Below are positions 17,828-26,800 of a DNA stretch of 64,000 nt, one piece after another; within the stretch, counting starts at the first letter, position 1, and the number at the start of each line of letters is the position of its first letter. The translations under genes and the position numbers were made by a program. Source of the DNA: Bacillota bacterium (GTDB lineage Bacteria > Patescibacteriota > Saccharimonadia > Saccharimonadales > UBA4665). A model generated the notes under the pieces. It ran no database searches and was not told the origin of the DNA. It saw only the letters and a list, made by a program, of their open reading frames with translations. The stretch lies in the NCBI GenBank assembly GCA_035478295.1, contig DATIJU010000014.1, forward strand, positions 202,911 through 266,910, given 5' to 3'.

Positions 17828-20800
17828 TTAGCGCCGCGTGCCCAGCTGCCCAAGGACATCAAAGTAATCAACATCTATAAAACGGTTAGTTGTTCCGGCG
17901 TTCTTAGTTAGAGAGTTTGCCCAGTTTGTCTGCTGGGTGGACCCGGTTGGTACGGTTGCAACCTGACACTTGCTCACGCCATTAACCTGGAAGTCGGCCG
18001 AAGTACCTGCAGCATTGACCGCTACGGTTAAGTGATACCAAGTATCCACAGCCACCGTTATGGTAGTGTCGCAGGTGGTCGGCGTGCTGGCAGTGGTGCA
18101 TACACCCTGCCACTTACCAGTGTTTACCGTATCGGTATACTTGAAGAAACATCCGTTCGTGGGGTCGGCGCCAGTGCTACCGTCGTTGTTAAAGCCCGCT
18201 CGTACCGTGTAGGTTTGGCCGCTGCCCGACAGGCCAGATGCAGTTCGGATGCGAAGTGCTGTTTCGTAGCGCCAATAGTCACCATTGCCCAGTCGTATTA
18301 TATTTGAACCGCTGGTCCGAGCGAGCGTTGTAATAGTCGACCCTGCACCACCGGTGTTTGTTTCCATCGTCACGATACCGGGGTGGCCAATCTCACCGTT
18401 TACCGATCCGAATGCACCGGCAACACCTGGATCAAAATCGGCACTGGAGTCGGCAGCATTTCCGGTCATATCATTTGTGTAGTGATACGAGGTATTCACG
18501 CTCTCTAAACAGTCGCGCCAATGGTCAAACTCGTAGCAGCGGAATTGTCCCAGAGCACTGTTGTAGTACATGGCACCGGCTACACCTGTTGGGTCGCCAG
18601 CTTGCGCTCCACCAGTGTAGATGGTCTTAACGCCAAGGACTAAGACCATGCCGTTTGTGTCCCCGCCCGATGGGCCGACAACTACCTGATTGTTCAGCGT
18701 GTCTACGTTAAACATACTGGAACCGGCTGCATTTTGGATATTAAAGGCACCCGTGGAGTTGGCGGTGTTGCGAATATTTACCGGTGAGTTAATGACAGCA
18801 TCAAATGCCAGCGTACCGGCACCATATGAGCTTGCGGCGGCTCCAGCTTCCAGACGAACGCCATCAATCCAGAACGTGTGTGCAGTAGCGCCAGTTTGCA
18901 CGATGCGTATATCTGCGGAAGCGGTTGGCGCTGTAGCATCGGTGGTGAAAGTACAGCTAAAGCGTGTCCAGCCGGTGGTGGAAACCGTTTGGAAGCTGGG
19001 CGTACATTCGACAAACGAAGAACCGTTACGCGTGTAACGCGCTTTTATGTCGGTAAAGGTGCCGCTAGAGAGCTTGGCATACCACGACAGCGTGTATTGT
19101 TGTATTTGTATGAGCTTAGTTGGGTTGGTATTGCCTGTATTAAAGGCTGCGCCCGCCAAACCGTTAGCCGTGGTCGTAACCTTAAGAGAGGCGCTGCCCA
19201 CCCATGCCTGTGTAGAATCTTGGCCAACAGTAGCATTTGATGTAGGAGACCAACCAACATCGTTGAGCTCAAAGCTTGGGTTGGTAATGCCATTCGTGGG
19301 ATCTAATGTACCGACACTCATAACGTTGGTAGACGTCGAGGTTTGGATGTTAAAGAGGTCTGTGGTGTTGCTGTTGCCACGCACTAGTAGCGGCGAAGAT
19401 ATAGAACCCTGGAGATCGATTGAGCCATTGCTGTTGTTATCGGTGGTGGTGCTGGTATCAAGCGCGATAAAGAAGTCATCAAAGTACATATCGCGCGTGC
19501 TGGCGTCGGTTTGCTTGACGTAGAAGAACGGCGTGCCGCTGTTAGTGCCCGGTGCGGTTAGCGTACATTCAACGCGCGTCCAGCCGGTTCCCGTGAGGCT
19601 GGTGGTGCTTAAGGAACATGGTGTCGTGTCGGTGCTACCATCCGAGGAGTAGCCGGCGGCCAGCGTAAACATTTGTGCTTCTGACGGCCCAAGACGGGCG
19701 TAGAACGTGATGATGTAGGCTGCGGTAGTAGTGAGTGTGATGTTGTATTTTGCGCCGTCGCCTGCCGCATTACCACCTTCAACATACAGTGCGTCATTAC
19801 CTGAGTGGTGTTGTTGCATTGTGGAGATAAATGTAGGTACACTTCCTCGCTTCGCCCAACCCGAGGTGCCATTTTCAAAGCCGCTGTTCGTAACCAGGTT
19901 AATTCCAGCCGTCGAATCAGAAGTATTGATCGTCAGTATGCTGTTAGCGCTGGAGTTTTGGACCCGGAAGGCACTCGTAGAGTCGGTAGCGTTCTTGAAC
20001 GTAGTTACACCAGTTGAAGAAACGGAAAGTACATTGCCGGTGAAGCTATCGGTGGATCCGGTGGTATAGACCATGTTGACGTCGTAAGACAGCACGCCGG
20101 AGGTGTTTGTAGGCGTACCAAAAGGTGATGGCATAGTGCCGAAAGTGCTGTTTTGGTATGCCGAAGGTCCTGCATTGAAGTAAGGGTAGCGTAGATTGTT
20201 ATCGGATACATCGAAGCCAATCCAGTACTTAGTGCTTGCAGAGATAGCCACACTCGGCATCGAGAACGTGTTCCAACCCTCTACTACGGTCTGCTGCTGG
20301 CTTGTAGAAAGCAGTGCGCCTGGGAGGTTGGAGCCAGTGTCCGCATAGAGAGCGACCTGCGCACTGCCCGTAGGATTCTGGAAGAACACCCTAATAGTAT
20401 TAAGCGTACCCGAGCTAGCACCGCTTGTAATTTGAGAAGCACCTACCTGGTTAGCGTTACCTGCGTCCATATTCGGGAAGTTAGTAGAGTTAAAGCCAGC
20501 GGTAATTGTGCCGCCATTCGCTACGTTTGACGAGAGCTTAAGGCTGCCTCCGTCACTATTGTCGACACCTAGGAATATACTCCCGGCCGTGGTGTTCAGA
20601 TCAACCGTAGCGTCACCAGTACCGCCCTGCAGTAAACGCAGTGCAGGTGCCGTAGTATTGGAGTCATTGGTGGCGATATCCAGGGTGCGGGCTGGTGCGG
20701 CCGTACCGATACCGACGCGTTGGTTGGTGGTATCCACGTCGAGTACGGTGGCCGTAGCGAGAGCATTCTGGATCTGGAAAGCCGTAGCCGAGTTAGATGA

Positions 20801-23800
20801 ATTCTTACTGAGCACAGCGCCGGTGTTGCCAACACTAAACATAAGCGTACCGAGAGTAGTGTCGTTTGCGGCCGTAGCACGAATGTTCAGCAGGTTGGCG
20901 GCGATGCTGCCGCCATTGCTCGTACTCTGATCCTGGATGTCGAGCGTACCGCGAGTACCGTCAAGAATAATCTCTGAAGTACTGCCACCCGTAGAGTTGG
21001 TATACGCGTTCTGTAAGCTCACGAAACCACCACTGGCCGTAATACAGTCAGACCAAGTGCTGTTCTGGTAACAGCGGAACTTACCACTGTTACTGTTGTA
21101 GTACATAGCACCATTTACACCTGTTGGGTCGCCTGCAGTGTTCTTGGTGTCAAAGACAAGGAGCGTACCGTTCGCGTCGGCTGCACCAATTGTTACATTG
21201 CCGGAGCTTAGAATGCTGGTGCCGGCGGAGCCAGATTGCAACGTCAGAGCGCTCGTGCTGTTTGTGGAACCGATAGTAATCCCCTGCACTGCTGCACCGT
21301 TACCGATGTTAATAGTGTGGGCTGTGGCGCCGTTGCCGATATTGATGCCGCCAGTGTTACCTGCCTCAATAGTGACGCTATTGGCAGCAGTAGTAGCGCT
21401 GCCAATAGTTACAAGACTCGTGGAGCTGGCCGTAGCGTTAGTGCCAAGATTAATCGTCTGCGACACTGCGCCGGTGATGTTACCAATCTGAAGCGTGTTA
21501 GCCACGCCGCCGGTGCCTAAGTTAATACCGCCGGTCCCACCGAGCAAGGACAGTGTGCCGCCATTTGATTTGCCGACAGTGATATTCGAGTTGTTAACCG
21601 TACCAATATTGATAGCGCCGTTAGCCGTTGCACCCGTGCCGCCTTCAATGCTAACCGCACCACCGTTGCGCGTGCCTGATGAGCCGGTAGCGTTACCACC
21701 CTGGATGCTCATAACGCCACCGGCACACGCAGTACCACAAGTGTTGCTTGTAGAGTTGCCGGCGGTGAGCGTGAGTGTAGAGCCTGTGCCGTTTGCAGTG
21801 TTGATGGCTGCGGCTAAGACGTCTGATGTCTGCCCGCCGGGCAATGTGACCGCACCTGCTGCAGACACATTAAAGTTAGTGCTGGCAATCGTCAGGGCCT
21901 GGCTACTGGCTGCAGCGATACTGTTAGTGCTCGCTGCGCTAAAGCTCAGCGCACCCGCCGTGAGCGTAGAGGTACCGCCAATGCGAAGTACGCCCCCCGT
22001 AGACATATTGATGTCGCCGCCAACGTCCAGCTTATAGGCCGGCAATACAGAGCCGCCCAAGGCGATACCTACACGGTTATTGCTTGAGTCGACTGTCAAT
22101 AAATTGTTGCCACCATTGTTGTTTATGTCTATAAAGTCAGTACGGTTGACATTTGGCTGCATGAATATATTGCCGTCAATGCCAAAACCTACCAATATGT
22201 TACCCAGACCGCTATTATTTGAAGCACGCAGACTCAAGAAGTTAGCAGAGCTGCCCAATGAAAAGTCAGCATCCTGAATATCAATACCGGCCTGAATGTT
22301 GTCGAGCTTAATCTCCGGAGTGGACCCGCCAGCGGAGAAGCCGTAAGCAGCTTGCAATGTGCCGTTTATGGAGCCACAGTTACCTATGTCTAAACAAATG
22401 GTACCGGTACTATTAGGCAGATAATAGTTACGGTCGCCAGTCAGAAGACTGTTACCTAAGAAATTACCATAATAACCAGTGGCGTTATCTTCGATGGCCA
22501 CTTTACCACCAATACCCACGGCGCTGTTACCCAGGGCGAGCAAACCGTCATTGGTAATGCGGGCTACCGAGTTGGTGTTTAAGCGCTGAACGTCGATAAC
22601 TACATTGCCGCCGTTGCTGGGGGCAATAGCCACAATCGAAGCCTGCGAAGTCGACGGAGCGTTCACTACCAAGTTGTCATTAACCGTAGCCAGGCTCGTA
22701 TTGCTGTCGATTTGGAACAGCGGGCTGCCATTGGAGTCTTGCACCTGGAAAATATCAGCAGTCTGACCAACAGAAGCCTTGAGGATACCCTCGGTGTGGT
22801 CACCATTGCCCTGGATAAAGAAGTTAGCAACTTGGGCTGAGCCGAATTGGTTAGCAATACAACCACTCGTGGCCAGGTTATTACTACAGACAGTGGCATT
22901 GGCGGTAATTGCAGGCATACTCAGCGTGAAGTTACTTGCATTTGGTGTTGTCGGACCTTGCAGCGTGAGGGTACCACTGCCGCCAGAGCCCTTAAAGATG
23001 ATAGCGCCGGTGTTAGAGGTAGAGGTACCGAGCGTGAGGGCGCTTGCACCCTGTATGGCCACCGTACCCGTAAAGGTAGAGGCCGTATTGATAGTTTGAC
23101 CATTAATTGCGCCGGAAGTGCTCACTGTGCCAATGTTCACCAGGTTGCCACCATTGCTAATACGGTCTGTCGAGTCGGTCTGGATTGTGCCGCCTGTAGT
23201 GTTGATGTTGCCGCTTGCGCTCAGGCTTACGGCGGTGATTGCTCCGGCCGCGGTTACGCTGAAATTGGTGCCACTAATCGCGTGTGCGCCAATTGCCAAA
23301 GCGGTGGTGATGTTTGCGCCTGATGCGTCAAAGGCAGTAGTGATGCCGCCACCAGCTGCTGCCTGTACGGAGACACCAATACCCACCACTTCGTCGGTGT
23401 CGTTGTTCTTAACGAGCACCAACTGGCTGGGAGCCGATGGGTTAGCGCCGTTTGCAAGCGAGAAGACACTGGAGCCAGTAGCACCGGCTGCAGATGTCAC
23501 GGTGAAGTTCTGGGCACTGTTCATGGTAAACGCAATATCGTTACCCGTCGTCGAGATAGTGTTGCCTGCTGCATAGGCTTGCTGCAGCGTTACACTGCTG
23601 GGGTTTGCGTTACAGGTCGACAGTACACCAGCGTTAGAACATACTGCCGTGCTGCTGGCTGCTGCAAACGATCCAACGCTTACAGTGCCTGCCGATGCAA
23701 TATTGCCGCTGCCCGTAGTCGAGATATTACCTGGTGTCGAAACGTTACCACTGGTCAGCGTCACGCCGGTCAGGCCAGTGAGTGCGCCACCGGAAGTTAG

Positions 23801-26800
23801 TGCTGCCGTAGGTGTCTTAATAAAGTTGGTGTAGCCGGTGGCCGAAGCGAAGTTTATGCCGTTGGTTTGGTCGGTACCGCCCAATGCACCGCCGGCAGCC
23901 AGATTAATCACATTAAGCACGTTGGTACCGGAGGATGCTGTAGCCGTGTTGGTGGGCGTCAGGTTAATACCTTGGATAATAACGCCTGCACCGGTGTTGG
24001 TGTTAGCAATGGTAATGTTCTGTGCATTACCTGCTGCCGAATTTGTGTACGCCTGTGAGAGCACGCCTGCGCCGCTCGCCAAAGACAAATTCTTGCCAGC
24101 CGCCACAGTCGTATCGCCATTTACGCTCACATTGCCTGTACCGGTCTTAAAGGTGCCACTGCTAGCCGACTGGTCAAAACCGCCCGAGCCGGATGCATAG
24201 GTTAGATCACCGCCAGTACTTAAGGTGAGCTTAGTGGTGCCACTCGTGCGGAAGTTGAGCGGCTGGCCGTCGTTTGTTCCCAGGTCGGCCGCTGCGCTAA
24301 AGCTGTTGCCACCTTGCACGAAGGCTACACCTGAGCCAGTTGTGCTGCACGTGGCAATCTCGTTAGAGCCATTACGGCACAAGAACGTGGAAGTGTTAGC
24401 CGAACCAAGCGTACCAGCGGTAATAATACCGGAGGTAGACAGCGTACTTACGCCAGATACGGCACCGCCGGCGGTAACATTCAGGCCACTAGAAGCGATT
24501 GCGAGACTACCGGTTCCATTACCGATACTGGTATTTGCAGTACCGGTTGCGTTGATGCTGGCGGCGCCTGTTACCGTAAGGCCGCCAGTTCCCTGCAGTA
24601 GCCCAGCTCCCGAGTTTACACCCACGGCAGTAACAGCGCCCGCGCCACTTACACTAAAGTTTGTACCGGCAATAGCGTTTGCACCAATAGACAATGCGTT
24701 AGTAATGTTGGCGCCAGACGCGTCAAAGGCAGTAGTGATGCCGCCGGCAGCTGCCTGCACCGCTATGCCTGCGGCCAAAACCTCGTTTGTGTCATTGTTC
24801 TTAACTAACACCAATTGTGCTGCAGGCGTAGCGTTGGAGCCATTAGCCAACGAGAAGGTCGTAAAGCCAGTAGCGCCAGCGGCGGTAGTAATTGTAAAGT
24901 TGGCGTTTGTACCACCTGTAGCCAAGGTAAAGTCGATGTTGCGTGCGCTCGTGGTACTAATGGTGTTGCCGGCATTGTATGCGGCTTGCAACGTGGAGCT
25001 TGAACCGCTACCGGTACAGTTACCGCTGCTTAGACAGAAGGTGGCCGATGCACTGCCGGGGTCTGGCAGTATAAAGTCTGTTGCCTGCCCAAGTGCGTTC
25101 GACTTAACAGTACCCAGGAAGCCAGAACCACTGTTTGCAAGTGCAAGCCCGCCGCTTTGCGAGCTGGCAACACCCAGTGTGGCCGTACCGCCCTGAATAA
25201 CCAAATTGCCGGTGGTGCTCACCGTGGTACCATTGTCGCTAATCGTGGAATCACCGATAACACTGCCGGTGCCGCTAAATTTCGCTAAGCGATTTGCAGT
25301 GCCACTACCGGTCACACCGCCGCCAGTGCCTGCACAGTTACCCGTGGTCAAACAAATGGTAGCCGTGGCTCCACCGGGGTCTGGCAAAGTATATACCGTA
25401 TCTTGGCCTAATGAGGCGGTTTGTAGCGTGCCGCTATTGGCTGAACCGTCGCTCAGAACCAAAGCACCGCCCTGCGCCGCCGCGCCAAGCGTAAGTGTAC
25501 CACCCTGGAACGTACCGTTGCCGGCCGACAAAACTGCGCCGCTACTGCCAGTTACACTAAAGTTTGTGCCGCTGATGTCATTGAGGCCAAACAAAAGCGC
25601 GGTAACGATGTTCGGATCGGAAACGTCCAATGCATTTGTGATACCTGCTGCGCCGGCGGCAGTAATTTGAAGACCCTTAGCGACAGCGTTTGTGGCATCC
25701 GCGTTGTCGAGGTGCAGCAATGCTTCAGTAACGCCGCTGCCAGTTGCATTCTGCAACAGCGCCACCTGCTGTGCGCCGCCAGTTGTGTTGTTCGTTAGCA
25801 CACTGCTAATTAGGTTAACTGCGCTAGTGCCGGTGGCAGTATTGGTAAGGCTTAAATTCTGTGAGTTAGCGAGCGCCAACGACACGCTGTTATTAAAAGT
25901 GCTGGTAGCATTAAACGTAGCGACGTCTTGCACCACAAGCTGGTTGGCGCCATCAATAATGACATTGTTACCCGCGCCGCTAGATGCAATAGTTACTGCG
26001 CCTGTGCCAGTTACGTTACCGATATTGGTCAGATTGCCGCTGTTATCAACACGCGTAACACTGTTGGTCTGGAGGCCGCCGCCGATGGTGTTGATGTTGC
26101 CAGAGCCAGTGTAGGTTGTGCCGCCAGAAATCGACCCGCTCAGGGCGATAGTGCCGATATTAGATGCGTTACCCGAATTGTCTATACGGGTAGTGTTGTT
26201 TGTCTGGAGAGCACCACTGATGCTGTTGATGTTACTGGTAGCGGCAAGTGTGCCGGTAGTGCTGGCACCGAGGGCGGTAACGGCAAAGTAAGTCGTGCTG
26301 CCATTGTTGCTCTGGACCTCTAGCAGATTAGCCCCCAGCGATGATGCATTGTCGCGTATCGTCAGCGCCCCGCGGGTGGCGTCCAATACAATTTCCGGAT
26401 CTGTAGAGTTATCGTAAGCACCCTGCAAAGAAACGGCCGTACCACTACAGTTGCCGGTGCTTACACAAATGGTAGCGGTGCCAGCGCCAGGGTCCGGCAG
26501 GGTGTAGACGGTATTTTGACCAAGGGCAGCCGTCTGTACGGTGCCGGTATTAGAGGAGCCGTCGCTCAACACTAGCAGACCAGCCTGTGCAGCGGTACCG
26601 ATAGTAACATTGCCCCCTTGGATCGTTGCGTTACCGCTGGCAGTAATGCTGCCAATATTTATGAGATTGCCGCTGTTATCAACACGCGTAACACTGTTGG
26701 TCTGGAGGCCGCCGCCGGTGGTGTTGATGTTGCCAGAGCCAGTGTAGGTTGTGCCGCCAGAAATTGCGCCGGAGAGTGTGGCGCTACCAATATTAGATAA

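Noticed and set aside
17828-18000. Search for an LPXTG sortase signal, SLH or choline-binding anchor, or T9SS-type C-terminal domain at the C-termini of the four large proteins
   Set aside because: None ends with LPXTG plus a hydrophobic tail. Giants 1 and 2 and the Kelch protein are instead anchored by N-terminal TM helices, and giant 3 has only a signal peptide.
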